Positions 43,199-52,846 of a DNA stretch of 64,000 bases are shown here, piece after piece; positions within the stretch are counted from its first letter, which is position 1, and the number at the start of each line of letters is the position of its first letter. Below the pieces are notes generated by a model. The model ran no database searches. It was not told where the DNA came from and saw nothing but the letters and a program-made list of their open reading frames with translations. Made by a program: the position numbers and the translations under genes. The stretch spans positions 72,455-136,454 of the forward strand of contig CAVRCS010000005.1 of NCBI GenBank assembly GCA_963719635.1. The letters run 5' to 3'. Origin of the DNA: an uncultured Thermoplasmata archaeon (lineage in GTDB: Archaea; Thermoplasmatota; Thermoplasmata; Lutacidiplasmatales; UBA184).

Positions 43199-43872
43199 GG
43201 TCGCGCCCGTCCTCCTCTCCGCGTCGCCGATACCCAGCGGGGTCGTGGAAGGACGAGTTCCGCCTCGGTCGGGTCCCCGAGGACCAGCGACCGGCCGGCG
43301 AGGTGCTCGCGTCCGGTGTAGGCGCACGCTATGGCGTCCAGCTCGTCGTGCGAGAGCCGCCGTTCGACGACATCCCCTCGGAATCCGAACCGCACGAGGG
43401 CAGACCGGAGCGCCGCCTCCCCGTCGCCCTTGCGCGGCAACCCAAGGAGATCCTGCGCCCCGCCCGGGTACGCCTCGATCACCTCGTAGCCGAGGGTGCG
43501 CAACGACCGGGCCAGGGCGATCCCGCGCGCGGTCAGCATCCGCATCGGTCCGAGGGTGAGCGGAAAGAACCGGATCCCGCGCGCCTGCAGCTCCCGGTCG
43601 CAGGCGCGCAGGTGCGGCGGACCCGGCCGCTCGAGCGAGAACCGCCCCCGCGGCAGGGCGAGCGGCGCGTCGATCGCAACGACCGCCGGCCGGCTCTCCT
43701 CGACCGCGGCGACGATCGCCTCGTCCGGGCCGAGGACCGACGTCCGGGTCCGCAGTCCCGGCCCGAGGCGACAGAACCCGGTGAGCCGGCCCGGGCTCCC
43801 GGCCAGATCGACCCCGACCGCGCCGTGGCGTCCCTCCGGGACCGGCCGGTGCGCCGCGCCTCTCCGCACCAC
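43195..43872 (-). CDS. DUF429-like predicted RNase H-fold nuclease
   Basis: AVGVDLAGSPGRLTGFC, PAVVAIDAPLALP and SHDELDAIACAYTG match the DUF429 layout. The GTG at 43872 is chosen inside the long artefactual ORF 43195..44673. Confidence 0.55.
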   Translation of the reverse strand: MVRRGAAHRPVPEGRHGAVGVDLAGSPGRLTGFCRLGPGLRTRTSVLGPDEAIVAAVEESRPAVVAIDAPLALPRGRFSLERPGPPHLRACDRELQARGIRFFPLTLGPMRMLTARGIALARSLRTLGYEVIEAYPGGAQDLLGLPRKGDGEAALRSALVRFGFRGDVVERRLSHDELDAIACAYTGREHLAGRSLVLGDPTEAELVLPRPRWVSATRRGGRARP

Positions 43873-43953
43873 GCCGGGGCGAGCCCGGTGTGCGCTAAGC
43901 GATTCTCCTCCCGGCCGGGAAAGCTTTACCCAAGCACCCGACTCGCCCCCGCG

Positions 43954-44412
43954 ATGGCCGAGGGGAACGTCGAGCGCACCCTGGTCCTCGTCAAACCGGA
44001 CGGGGTCCGCCGCGGGCTGCTGGGGGAGATCGTCGGGCGGTTCGAGGGCAAGGGCCTCAAGGTCGTCGCGGCGAAGATGCTGCGGATCGCCCCGGAGCTC
44101 GCCCAGCGCCACTACGCCGAGCACCAGGGTAAGCCGTTCTATCCGGCGCTGATCCAGCACATCACCTCGGGCCCATCGCTCGCCCTCGCCATCGAGGGCC
44201 GATCGGCGATCGGGGTCGCGCGCCTCTTGACCGGAGCGACGAACCCCCAGACGGCAGCCCCCGGGACGATCCGCGGCGACCTCGCGCTCGGAATCACCCC
44301 GAACCTCGTGCACGCCTCCGACTCTCCGGAGTCGGCGGCCCGCGAGCTCGCGCTCTACTTCGCCCACGACGAGTACCTTGCCTACTCCCGCGTCGGCGAG
44401 GAGTACGTCTAG
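43954..44412 (+). CDS. ndk: nucleoside diphosphate kinase
   Basis: ERTLVLVKPDGVRRGLLGEIVGRFEGKGLKVVAAKM, GATNPQTAAPGTIRGD, NLVHASDS. Confidence 0.93.
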   Translation: MAEGNVERTLVLVKPDGVRRGLLGEIVGRFEGKGLKVVAAKMLRIAPELAQRHYAEHQGKPFYPALIQHITSGPSLALAIEGRSAIGVARLLTGATNPQTAAPGTIRGDLALGITPNLVHASDSPESAARELALYFAHDEYLAYSRVGEEYV

Positions 44413-44416
44413 GGTG

Positions 44417-44981
44417 ATGGGGCGGCCGACCGCCGCCGCCGCGCGGGCGCTCCTCGCCGGCGGGCTGGTCGTGCACCCGACCGACACGCTGTACGCCCTG
44501 GCGGCGCGCGCACTCGACCACCGGGCGGTGGCGCGCCTCTCGGAGGTGAAGGGACGGGGGCCGGGCCGGCCGTACTCCGTCGCGGTCAGCTCCGTCCCGG
44601 AGCTCGAACGGTGGGGCCGGTTCAACGCCGCCGCCCGCCGGTTCGTCCGCGACGCGCTGCCGGGCCCGTTCACGGTCCTCGTGCGCCCGACCCCCGAGGC
44701 GCGCCGGAGCCTGGCGCCGGAGGTCGGACGCAGCGGCCGGATTGGGCTCCGGGTGCCGGCGCACCCGCTCGCCCTCGAGCTCGCCCGCCGGGCCGGGCCG
44801 CTGGTCGCGACGTCCGCGAACCGGAGCGGCGACCCACCGGTCCGCTCCGTCGGGGTCGGCCCGCCGGCTCTTCGGCAGCCGCGTCGCCGCCTACGTCTCC
44901 GCCCTGCCTCGGCCGACCGGGACCCCCTCGACCATCGTCGACCTTACGGGAGACCTTCCCCGGGAGGTGCCGCGCCGGTGA
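44417..44981 (+). CDS. tsaC: L-threonylcarbamoyladenylate synthase (YrdC/Sua5 domain), apparent frameshift near G4 run 44852-44855
   Basis: VVHPTDTLYALAA, KGRGPGRPYSVAV, LPGPFTVLV, VATSANRSGDPP. The C-terminus ARRLFGSRVAAYV...PSTIVDL is in listed ORF 44742..44981. Confidence 0.8.
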
Positions 44982-45882
44982 CCCCGGTCGACGACCTCGG
45001 CCTAGACCGCTGGCGCGAGGCAGCGCGGATCGCTGCGGAGGCCCGGGAACTTGGCGTTTGCCTTCTCCAGCCCGGGCGCGACGCAAGGACGTCGCCGAGG
45101 CGGTCGAGGCGCTCATCCGCGCGCAGGGGGCGGAGCCGGCGTTTCCGGCGAACCTGTCGCGGAACAACGAGGCGGCGCACTACACGCCGGACGACGCGGA
45201 CGAGGCGACGTTCGTCGAGGGCGACCTCGTGAAGGTCGACGTCGGCGCGCACCTGGACGGCGCCGTCGCCGACACCGCGGACACGGTCGAGGTCGGCGGG
45301 GGACACCAGCACGCCCACTTGATCGCCGCCGTCCACGAGGCGCTCGCCGCCGGGGTCCGCGCGGTGCGGCCGGACGGCGAGGTCGATGCGGTCGGCCGGG
45401 CCGTCGCCGAGGCGATCCATGCGCGCGGCCTCAAACCGGTCCGCGACCTCACCGGCCACACGATCGAGCGGTACGTCCTCCACGCCGGCAAGTCGATCCC
45501 GAACGTCCCCGGCATGAGCGCGGAGCGGTTCGTGGAAGGGGAGTTCGTCGCGATCGAGCCGTTCGCGACGAACGGGGAGGGGCGGATCGCCAACGGCCCG
45601 TTCGGCCACATCATCCGATTTCGTCGACCGCCTCCGACCGCCGACGCCGAGTTGAGCCGGCTGTTCGGCCGGTTCCGGACCCTCCCCTTCACCGACCGGT
45701 GGGCCCGGGCCCCCTCCGAGCGGGCCGCGCTCGAGCGGGGCCGGCGGCTGCTGCAGACGTACCCGGTCTTCCTCGAGCGGGGCGGAGGGCTCGTGGCGCA
45801 GGCGGAGCATACCGTCCGCGTCGGCCGTTCCGGCGCCGAGGTGCTCACCGTCGCCGGCGGTTCCCGGCCCACCGGCGCCTAG
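44978..45882 (+). CDS. map: methionine aminopeptidase, type 2 (archaeal), apparent frameshift at G3 run 45074-45076
   Basis: GTG overlaps the tsaC TGA. WREAARIAAEARELG, then (other frame) KDVAEAVEALIRAQGAEPAFPANLSRNNEAAHYTP, DVGAHLDGAVADTA, GHTIERYVLHAGKSIPN, AIEPFAT, AQAEHTV. Confidence 0.85.
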
Positions 45883-47009
45883 GCCGCGGCGGCCCGGGCG
45901 AGCCGCGCCCCTTCGACCATGGCGCGGAGCTTCGCGTCCGCGACGTCGAGGCTGCGGGTCCGCAGCCCGCAATCCGGATCGACCCACAGCCGGGACGCGT
46001 CGCCCAGGTGCTTCGCCGCCCGGCCGATCCGCTCGGCGACCTGCTCCGGCGTCTCGACCGTGTCCGAGTGGACGTCCACCACCCCGAGGCCGACCGCGCG
46101 CCGGTCGCCGTACTCGTTGAGCGCGTCGAGTATCGCGTAGGCGTCGTGCGCCTCGTCGTCCCGGTTCGCGAACTCCCACGCCCACTGCCGGCACCGCTTC
46201 GCCTCCAAAAGGCCCGGCAGCATCCGGCGGTAGTCGGAGAAGCAGATGTGCATCGAAACCTCCGCGTCGACCCCCTCGGTCGCCTCGTTGAACCCCTCGA
46301 CGATCAGGTCGACCTCCTCCGGGTGGGTGCCGGCGGCCGGCTCGTCGACCTGGATCACCCGGCAGCCGCCGCGGACGAGCGCCTGGAGCGTCGGCCGCAC
46401 GGCCTCGCGTGCGAGGGCGACGACCAGCTCGCGCTGGGCCGCGCGCCGGGCCGTCGGCCCCTTCCATCCGGTCTGCCGGCCGAGGTAGTGCTCGTTGTAC
46501 GACCAGTCTGCGAGCGTGTACGGTCCGGTCACCGGCACTTTCGGCTCGGCGTGGGCGTGCTGGCGGACGAACGCGAACTCGTCCAGGTCGTACGGGCGCT
46601 CCAGGGTCACCGGCCCGACGACCGCCGCCTTGCGGTAGTACTTCGAGTCGAACGAGCGGACGTGCCCGACGAAGCGGAAGCCGCCGAAGTGCCGGACCGG
46701 GTGTTCGTACATCTCCACCCGGCGCGCTTCGCCGTCGTAGACGCGGTCGAGGCCGGCGGCCTCCAGGTACCGTAGCGCGAAGAGGGAGGCGAGCTCCCCC
46801 GCGGCAGCCCCGGCCGCGTTCCCCGGCGGCCCCTCGAGCAACGCCGCGCGGGCCCCCGGGAGTTCCCGGCCGAAGCCGAGCTGTGCGTCCCAGCGGGCGA
46901 ACTCGGTCCGGGCCGCGTCGTCGAGCGGCTCGCCGCGTTGGGCCCGCAACTGCCAGCGGGGACGGGCGAGGCTGCCGATCTCCTGGCAAGGGAAGAGCCG
47001 ATCCGTCAC
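45879..47009 (-). CDS. metE: cobalamin-independent methionine synthase, catalytic (MetE C-terminal-type) protein
   Basis: VPVTGPYTL, IQVDEPA, MHICFSDY and WVDPDCGLRTRS (zinc ligand motifs). The GTG at 47009 overlaps the upstream TGA. Confidence 0.85.
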   Translation of the reverse strand: MTDRLFPCQEIGSLARPRWQLRAQRGEPLDDAARTEFARWDAQLGFGRELPGARAALLEGPPGNAAGAAAGELASLFALRYLEAAGLDRVYDGEARRVEMYEHPVRHFGGFRFVGHVRSFDSKYYRKAAVVGPVTLERPYDLDEFAFVRQHAHAEPKVPVTGPYTLADWSYNEHYLGRQTGWKGPTARRAAQRELVVALAREAVRPTLQALVRGGCRVIQVDEPAAGTHPEEVDLIVEGFNEATEGVDAEVSMHICFSDYRRMLPGLLEAKRCRQWAWEFANRDDEAHDAYAILDALNEYGDRRAVGLGVVDVHSDTVETPEQVAERIGRAAKHLGDASRLWVDPDCGLRTRSLDVADAKLRAMVEGARLARAAAA

Positions 47010-47977
47010 GGGCTCGCTCCGGCCTGGAGGAGCGTGCGCGCCTGGGCCAGCGCGCCCAGCTTCGCCTCCGCCGCCGACGCCGGCAGCAGGTCGAGCGGCT
47101 GACCCGGACCGAGCCAGACCTCGCTCGCGCTCCGGCGTTCCGCCGCCTCCCGCACGATCCGGGCGACCTCCTCCGGTTCCTCGACGAGCGTTGTCCTCGG
47201 GTCGAGGACGCCGAGCGCGATGGGCCGGGGTCGATCGCCGGCCGGGAGCTTGTCGACCTCCGTCTCGGTGAGGTCGACCCCGACGGCGGTGACGGGGAGG
47301 CGGTCGAGCACCGGCCAGACCGAGCTTGGGTCGCCGGCGTACGTCCAGACGATGACCGCTGCGTCCGGGGCCGCCGCCGCGATCGACCGATACGCTTCCT
47401 CGAGCGACGCGGCCGACGGCCCCTCCGGCGGCCGGACGACCACGAGAGGCTCGGCGAAGACGAACGTGCGGAACCCGCTTCCGCGCAGCTCCCGGACCTC
47501 GTCGGCGAACAGGCGGCCGAGACGGTGGACAAGTGCCGGACCGGTCTCGCCCGAGCGGTTGTCGAGGAGCTCGGCGAACGTGTACGGACCCGGGAGCAGA
47601 ACGCGCGAGCGAGTCGGGTCCGCCAGGAGCGGCGCCGGGAGGCTCGCCCGGAACGCCCCCGGACGCCGCGCAGGTGGGTGGAGGAGGATTGGGCGTCGGT
47701 AGAACGTGTTCGACTCCAGCCACCGGGTGAGCGGGCCGACGCTGAAGCCGTCCCATCCGCGGGCGAACGCCCGGAACGGGTCCTCCGCCCGGAGATAGCC
47801 GGCCGTCACCGAGTGGAAGTCGAACCGGCGCTCCAGTTCGGCGACCGACGACTCGCCGGCACGGAACAGCTGCTCGACCGCCTCCGGGGTCGTACGTCCC
47901 CGGTCGAGGTCACGGGTCGCACGAACGAGCGGCTCGGTACGCGGGAACGGGCTAGCGAGGCCGGCGTGGACGATCAC
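47006..47977 (-). CDS. MetE N-terminal-domain-like protein (Meth_synt_1-like)
   Basis: LLPGPYTFAEL, VFAEPLVV, GLGVLDPRT-like segment (ALGVLDPRTT), WLGPGQPLDLLP. Translationally coupled to the catalytic half. Confidence 0.7.
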   Translation of the reverse strand: MIVHAGLASPFPRTEPLVRATRDLDRGRTTPEAVEQLFRAGESSVAELERRFDFHSVTAGYLRAEDPFRAFARGWDGFSVGPLTRWLESNTFYRRPILLHPPARRPGAFRASLPAPLLADPTRSRVLLPGPYTFAELLDNRSGETGPALVHRLGRLFADEVRELRGSGFRTFVFAEPLVVVRPPEGPSAASLEEAYRSIAAAAPDAAVIVWTYAGDPSSVWPVLDRLPVTAVGVDLTETEVDKLPAGDRPRPIALGVLDPRTTLVEEPEEVARIVREAAERRSASEVWLGPGQPLDLLPASAAEAKLGALAQARTLLQAGASP

Positions 47978-48125
47978 GGGGTCGTCGGGCCGGTCGCGCG
48001 GATAATCTCCACGCCCCGGCGGCGAAGGCAACGGCGTTGCACCGCGGACAAGCCGCGCCCGTCCGGCGTCCGCCGGAGGCCCCCGACGGCCGCGTCCGCC
48101 GTCGCGCCCCTCGCCGCAAAGGATA

Positions 48126-49595
48126 ATGAGGGCGCCTCCCGGTCGCGCAGGGCGGATGGCCGAGAGCGCTGCCGCCCCGCCTCCCGCCTCGCGCGTGGCG
48201 CGCAAGCGGGCGCCGACGCCGGAGGAGGTCTCCGACCGCCTCCACGAGGACCAGACCGAGGCGCTGGGCCAGCGCGCCCTCGAGCTCTCCCGCTTCTACG
48301 GCGGCAAGGTCGAGACAGTCCCCCGCGTGCCGGTCCGCTCGCTGCGCGACTTCGCCCTCTGGTACACCCCCGGCGTCGCGGCGGTGTCGCGGGCGATCCA
48401 ACGCTCCCCGGACCTCTCCTTCGAGCTGACGGGGCGCTGGAACACGGTGGCGATCGTCACGGACGGCTCGCGCGTGCTCGGCCTCGGGGACATCGGCCCG
48501 CGCGCGGCGCTCCCGGTGATGGAGGGGAAGGCGCTGCTGTTCAAGTTCCTCGGCGGGGTCGACGCCGTCCCGCTCCCGATCCAGGTGTCGAGCCCGGACG
48601 AGTTCCTGTCGGCGGCGGAGGCGATCGCCCCGGCGTTCGGCGGGATCAACCTCGAGGACATCGCCTCGCCGAAGTGCTTCGGGATCCTGGAGGAGTTGGC
48701 GAAGCGGGTCGAGATCCCGGTCTGGCACGACGACCAGCTCGGGACGGCGGCGGCGACGGTCGCCGGACTCCTCAACGCCCTCACCGTCACCGGCCGCTCG
48801 GTGAAGGAGATCCGCACGGTACTCCTCGGCGCCGGCGCGGCGAACCTCGTCACCGCCCGGCTCCTGTTCGCCCTCGGCCACGCGCCGGAGCGGATGTCGC
48901 TCGTCGACCAGAAGGGAATTCTCCACGCCGAGCGCGACGACGTCGACGAACTGTCGGTCCGTCACCCGTGGAAGTACCGCCTCGCGCTCCGCACGAACGG
49001 CGGGGGGCGGACCGGGGGCCTCGCCGAGGGGGTCGCCGGGGCGGACGTCGTCCTCGCCGCGTCGACGCCGGTCCCCGGGACGCTGCGGCCGGAGCACATC
49101 CGCGCGATGGCGCCGCATCCGGTCGTCTTCGCCCTCGCGAACCCGGTCCCGGAGATCTGGCCGGACGCCGCCCGGAGCGCCGGGGCGGCGGTCGTCGCGA
49201 CGGGGCGGAGCGATTTTCCGAACCAGGTGAACAACTCGCTCGTCTTCCCGGCGGTGTTCCGCGGCGTGCTGGACGCCCGCGCCCGCTCGGTGCCGGACGA
49301 GATCGTGCTCGCCGCCGCCAAGGAGCTCGCGCGGGGGGCGGAGCGCAAGGGCGTCACCGCACAGCACATCCTGCCGACGATGGAGGAGACCGAGGTGTTC
49401 CCGGCGGTCGCGGCGGCGGTCGCCGACATGGCCGTCGCGCTCGGCATCGCCCGCCGGCGCCTCTCGCACGACGAGTTCCTCGAGCGGGCCCGGCAGCTGA
49501 TGGCCCGGCCGGCGAGGCTCGTCCGCTCGCTTGCCCGCTCGCACCTCACCGCCCCGATGCCGCGCGGGCCGGTCGGCTCGAGGAGGGCGCCGTGA
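48126..49595 (+). CDS. NAD(P)-dependent malic enzyme
   Basis: LWYTPGVAAVS, VAIVTDGSRVLGLGDIGPRAALPVMEGKALLFK, GGINLEDIASPKCF, PVWHDDQLGTAAA, LLGAGAAN, FALANPVPEI, NNSLVFP. The start may be the second Met at 48156. Confidence 0.9.
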   Translation: MRAPPGRAGRMAESAAAPPPASRVARKRAPTPEEVSDRLHEDQTEALGQRALELSRFYGGKVETVPRVPVRSLRDFALWYTPGVAAVSRAIQRSPDLSFELTGRWNTVAIVTDGSRVLGLGDIGPRAALPVMEGKALLFKFLGGVDAVPLPIQVSSPDEFLSAAEAIAPAFGGINLEDIASPKCFGILEELAKRVEIPVWHDDQLGTAAATVAGLLNALTVTGRSVKEIRTVLLGAGAANLVTARLLFALGHAPERMSLVDQKGILHAERDDVDELSVRHPWKYRLALRTNGGGRTGGLAEGVAGADVVLAASTPVPGTLRPEHIRAMAPHPVVFALANPVPEIWPDAARSAGAAVVATGRSDFPNQVNNSLVFPAVFRGVLDARARSVPDEIVLAAAKELARGAERKGVTAQHILPTMEETEVFPAVAAAVADMAVALGIARRRLSHDEFLERARQLMARPARLVRSLARSHLTAPMPRGPVGSRRAP

Positions 49596-50170
49596 GCGCC
49601 CCGCCGTCGGCCGCCCCTGCGCCGGCGTCGCCGACCCCGCCGGTCCATGTCCGCCCGGCGCGCGAGGGGGACGTCCCGGCGCTGGTGCCGTTGCTCCTGC
49701 GCCTCAAGCGGCTGAACGAGGAGTTCGACCCGCTTCTGAAGGTCCGCGAGGACGCCGAGACGCGCGCCGGGGAGATCCTGCGCGCGCACCTCTCCGACGC
49801 GAAGTCGGTCGTCCTCGTCGCCGAGGGGACCGGCGGCGACCGGGAGAAGGTCGTCGGCTTCGTCCGGTCCGTCGTCCGCGAGCGGCCGTTCTACGTCCCG
49901 CAGTCCGAGGGCGTCATCGTCGACATCTACCTGCTACCGCTGTACCGGCGCCGCGGCGCCGGCGAGTACCTCTTGCACGAGGTCTCGGCCGCGCTGAAGG
50001 CGAAGGGGGCCGGTGTCGTCACCGCCGAGTTCCCGGCGCAGAACGAGATCGCGGTCCGGTTCTACGCGAAGCGCGGCTTCCGTCCGGTGACGTCGATCCA
50101 CGCCCGGCCCCTCGACGCGCGTCGCGCGGGGGCGAACGTTAAGCCGCAGGGCTGTCGTCGTCCGGCATGA
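49592..50170 (+). CDS. GNAT-family N-acetyltransferase
   Basis: VIVDIYLLPLYRRRGAGEYLLHEV and NEIAVRFYAKRGF (acetyl-CoA binding motif A). GTG overlaps the malic enzyme TGA. Only the last ~190 aa of listed ORF 46409..50170. Confidence 0.75.
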   Translation: MSAPPSAAPAPASPTPPVHVRPAREGDVPALVPLLLRLKRLNEEFDPLLKVREDAETRAGEILRAHLSDAKSVVLVAEGTGGDREKVVGFVRSVVRERPFYVPQSEGVIVDIYLLPLYRRRGAGEYLLHEVSAALKAKGAGVVTAEFPAQNEIAVRFYAKRGFRPVTSIHARPLDARRAGANVKPQGCRRPA

Positions 50171-51126
50171 CGAAGCCGGCCGCGCCGTCCGCAGCTCCCG
50201 CTCCCCGGTTCGTGCGGCGGGGGAAGGTGAAGGAGGTCTACGAAATCTCGCCGACCGAGCTCGAGTTCCACTTCACGAACGACATCTCCGTCTTCGACAA
50301 GCACGTCCCGAGCGAGATCCCGTACAAGGGCGAGACGCTCTGCCGGACCGCCGCCCACTGGTTCGGGCGGTGCGGCCGCCTCGGCGTGAAGCACCACTTC
50401 CTCCGGCTCGCCGGCCCGACGGCGATGCGCGTGCGGCGCGTCCGCGTCGAACCGAAGCCGCGCACCCTCGGCCCGTCCCCGAAGGGCTACCTCGTGCCGC
50501 TCGAGCTGATCGTCCGCTACTACCTCGCCGGTTCCCTCTGGGACCGCGTCCGCGCCGGGCAGGCGACCTCGGCCGACCTGGGCTTCGGCGCCGGCAAGAC
50601 GCTCGTCTACGGTCAGCAGCTGCCGCAGCCGCTGTTCGAGGTCACGACGAAGCTCGAGCCGGTCGACCGGCTGTTGACGATCCCCGAGGCGCTCGAGCTC
50701 TCCTGTCTGGACCGCCGACAGCTGGACGAGGTCCGCGAGACGATCCTCACGATCGACCGGGCGATGCAGGAGGAGATCGGCCCGCGCGGGCTGCTCCACG
50801 TCGACGGGAAGAAGGAGTTCGGCGTCGCGGACGACGGCGCCCTCATGGTCGTCGACACGTTCGGCACCGCCGACGAGGACCGGTTCTGGGACCAGGACGC
50901 CTACTCGCGCGGCCGCCAGGTCGACTTCTCCAAGGAGTTCGTACGGCAGCACTACCGGCAGAGCGGCTACCACGATCAGCTCTCCAAGGCGCGCGAGGCG
51001 CACCGCGAGGAGCCGCCGATCCCGCCGCTTCCGCCGCTGCTGGTCGACGAGGTGAGCCGGCTCTACACGACCGTCTACGAGCGGCTCACCGGCGAGCCGT
51101 TCGCCCCGGTCGCGCCGTCGCGCTGA
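50167..51126 (+). CDS. purC: phosphoribosylaminoimidazole-succinocarboxamide (SAICAR) synthase
   Basis: [43 protein letters not shown] overlap with the GNAT gene. Confidence 0.88.
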   Translation: MTKPAAPSAAPAPRFVRRGKVKEVYEISPTELEFHFTNDISVFDKHVPSEIPYKGETLCRTAAHWFGRCGRLGVKHHFLRLAGPTAMRVRRVRVEPKPRTLGPSPKGYLVPLELIVRYYLAGSLWDRVRAGQATSADLGFGAGKTLVYGQQLPQPLFEVTTKLEPVDRLLTIPEALELSCLDRRQLDEVRETILTIDRAMQEEIGPRGLLHVDGKKEFGVADDGALMVVDTFGTADEDRFWDQDAYSRGRQVDFSKEFVRQHYRQSGYHDQLSKAREAHREEPPIPPLPPLLVDEVSRLYTTVYERLTGEPFAPVAPSR

Positions 51127-51190
51127 CGGCGCCAGCGGGCCGGCCCCGCGGGCCAGCGTCCACCGTTCCACGCCCTCTCCCCGCACGCTT

Positions 51191-52222
51191 ATGACACGGT
51201 CCGCCGCTCGCACCGGCGTGCCCGCCAAGAACGCCCCGCGTCCGTCGTCGTCCGCGACCCCGACCGAGCCCGAAGAGCGTGTAGAGGCCGCGCTGGAAGA
51301 CCTCCCCGGGGTCGGCGCGACGACCGCCGACAAGCTCCGCGAGAGCGGCTACACCGACCTCATGGAGCTCGCGGTCGCCTCTCCGGGCGACGTGGCAGAG
51401 GCCGCGGAGATCGGCGTCGCCATCGCCCAGAAGATCATCGGCGAGGCGCGCCGGCGCGCGGACGTCGGGGGCTTCGAGACCGGTACCGTCGTGCTGGAGC
51501 GACGCAAGCACCTCGGCCGGATCACCACGAACGCGAAGGCGCTCGACGAGCTGCTCGGCGGCGGCGTCGAGACGCAGGCAATCAGCGAGTTCAGCGGCGA
51601 GTTCGGCACCGGCAAGACGCAGATCGGCCACCAGGTCGCCGTCGACTCGCAGATGCCGGCCGCCCAGGGCGGGCTCAGCGGCGAGGTCGTCTACATCGAC
51701 ACCGAGTCGACGTTCCGCCCGGAGCGGATCGTCGACATGGCGAAGGGCCTCGGGCTGGAGCCGGAGACGGTCCTCGGGAAGATCCACGTCGCCCGGGCGT
51801 TCAACTCGAACCACCAGATGCTCCTGGTCGGCAAGGCGCAGGAGCTCGCGCGCGAGAAGCCGATCCGGCTCCTCGTTGTCGACTCGCTCACGTCCCACTT
51901 CCGCGCGGAGTACGTCGGCCGCGCCGAGCTCGCGCCCCGCCAGCAGATGCTCAACCGGCATCTCCACGAGCTCCTCCGCTTCGCCGACATGTACAACGCC
52001 GCGATCGTCGTCACGAACCAGGTCTCCTCGCGGCCGGACGTCCTCTTCGGCGACCCGACCCGGCCGATCGGCGGGAACATCGTCGCCCACGCGGCGACGT
52101 ACCGGGTCTACCTCCGCAAGTCGAAGCCACCGCGGCGGATCGCTCGGCTGATCGACTCGCCGAACCTCCCCGAAGGGGAGGCGGTCTTCTCCCTCTCGAC
52201 CGAAGGGGTCCGCGACGCCTAG
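51191..52222 (+). CDS. radA: DNA repair and recombination protein RadA
   Basis: [20 protein letters not shown] (HhH), [12 protein letters not shown] (Walker A), LLVVDSL (Walker B), [23 protein letters not shown]. Confidence 0.93.
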   Translation: MTRSAARTGVPAKNAPRPSSSATPTEPEERVEAALEDLPGVGATTADKLRESGYTDLMELAVASPGDVAEAAEIGVAIAQKIIGEARRRADVGGFETGTVVLERRKHLGRITTNAKALDELLGGGVETQAISEFSGEFGTGKTQIGHQVAVDSQMPAAQGGLSGEVVYIDTESTFRPERIVDMAKGLGLEPETVLGKIHVARAFNSNHQMLLVGKAQELAREKPIRLLVVDSLTSHFRAEYVGRAELAPRQQMLNRHLHELLRFADMYNAAIVVTNQVSSRPDVLFGDPTRPIGGNIVAHAATYRVYLRKSKPPRRIARLIDSPNLPEGEAVFSLSTEGVRDA

Positions 52223-52225
52223 GGC

Positions 52226-52846
52226 CTACGCCGAGCGCCGCACGGCGGTCGCCTTCACGTACAGGTAGGCGGACCGGCCGGCTTTGAGCCCCAGCCGCGC
52301 GACCGACGCGCCCGTGAGCGCCGCCCGGACGGGGCGACCGGCCCAGCGCAGGAGCACCGTCGCCGTCCCATCCGCCCGCGGCCGGACACCGGCGACCGTC
52401 GCCCGCAGGGCGTTGCGCGCGGAGAGCGTGACCCGGCTCCGCCCGACGACGACCGCCTCGGGGTCGATCGCCACCTCGACCGCCTCGCCGTCCCGGGCAC
52501 GGAACGCGACCGCGACCTCCCCGCCCCCGTCGAGCCGAACGCGGCGCGGGGGACCGGCGACGTACGTTCCCCGCCATCGGTTGGCGGAGGGGCCGACGCC
52601 CCCCGCGGCGGCGAGGAGCCTCCGGCCCAGGGCGGTCAGCACGGTCTCCCCCGGCGTCGTTCCGCCCCGGCGGCCGCGGGCGGCGGGTCCGCCGTACAGC
52701 CGTTCCAGGCGCTGCAACCGGTAGACCGCCCGGTCCCGGCCGATGCGGACCGAACGCGCGGCGCGGACCACGCTCCGCTCCCGCACGACGGCCTCCAGCA
52801 GGGACCGGTCGACCGGCGTCAGCCACCGCTCCGCCGGGCGCGTCAC
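52226..52846 (-). CDS. ModE-like molybdate-responsive regulator (HTH plus Mop/TOBE domain)
   Basis: LLEAVVRERSVVRAARSVRIGRDRAVYRLQRLE (ModE-type HTH). C-terminal SARNALRATVAGVRPRADGTATVLL (Mop/TOBE). The GTG at 52846 overlaps the upstream TGA. Confidence 0.7.
   Translation of the reverse strand: MTRPAERWLTPVDRSLLEAVVRERSVVRAARSVRIGRDRAVYRLQRLERLYGGPAARGRRGGTTPGETVLTALGRRLLAAAGGVGPSANRWRGTYVAGPPRRVRLDGGGEVAVAFRARDGEAVEVAIDPEAVVVGRSRVTLSARNALRATVAGVRPRADGTATVLLRWAGRPVRAALTGASVARLGLKAGRSAYLYVKATAVRRSA

Noticed and set aside
44944-47532. 862-aa minus-strand ORF and similar long ORFs (e.g. 43195..44673 upstream part, 52011..53270, 55850..57100 upstream part)
   Set aside because: Arg/Pro/Gly-dominated with no motifs. 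They overlap confidently identified genes in other frames, so only the motif-bearing C-terminal portions were kept.
46409-50170. 1253-aa ORF spanning metE, malic enzyme and GNAT regions
   Set aside because: Only the last ~190 aa (GNAT, from GTG 49592) are protein-like. The rest is antisense or off-frame to well-supported genes.
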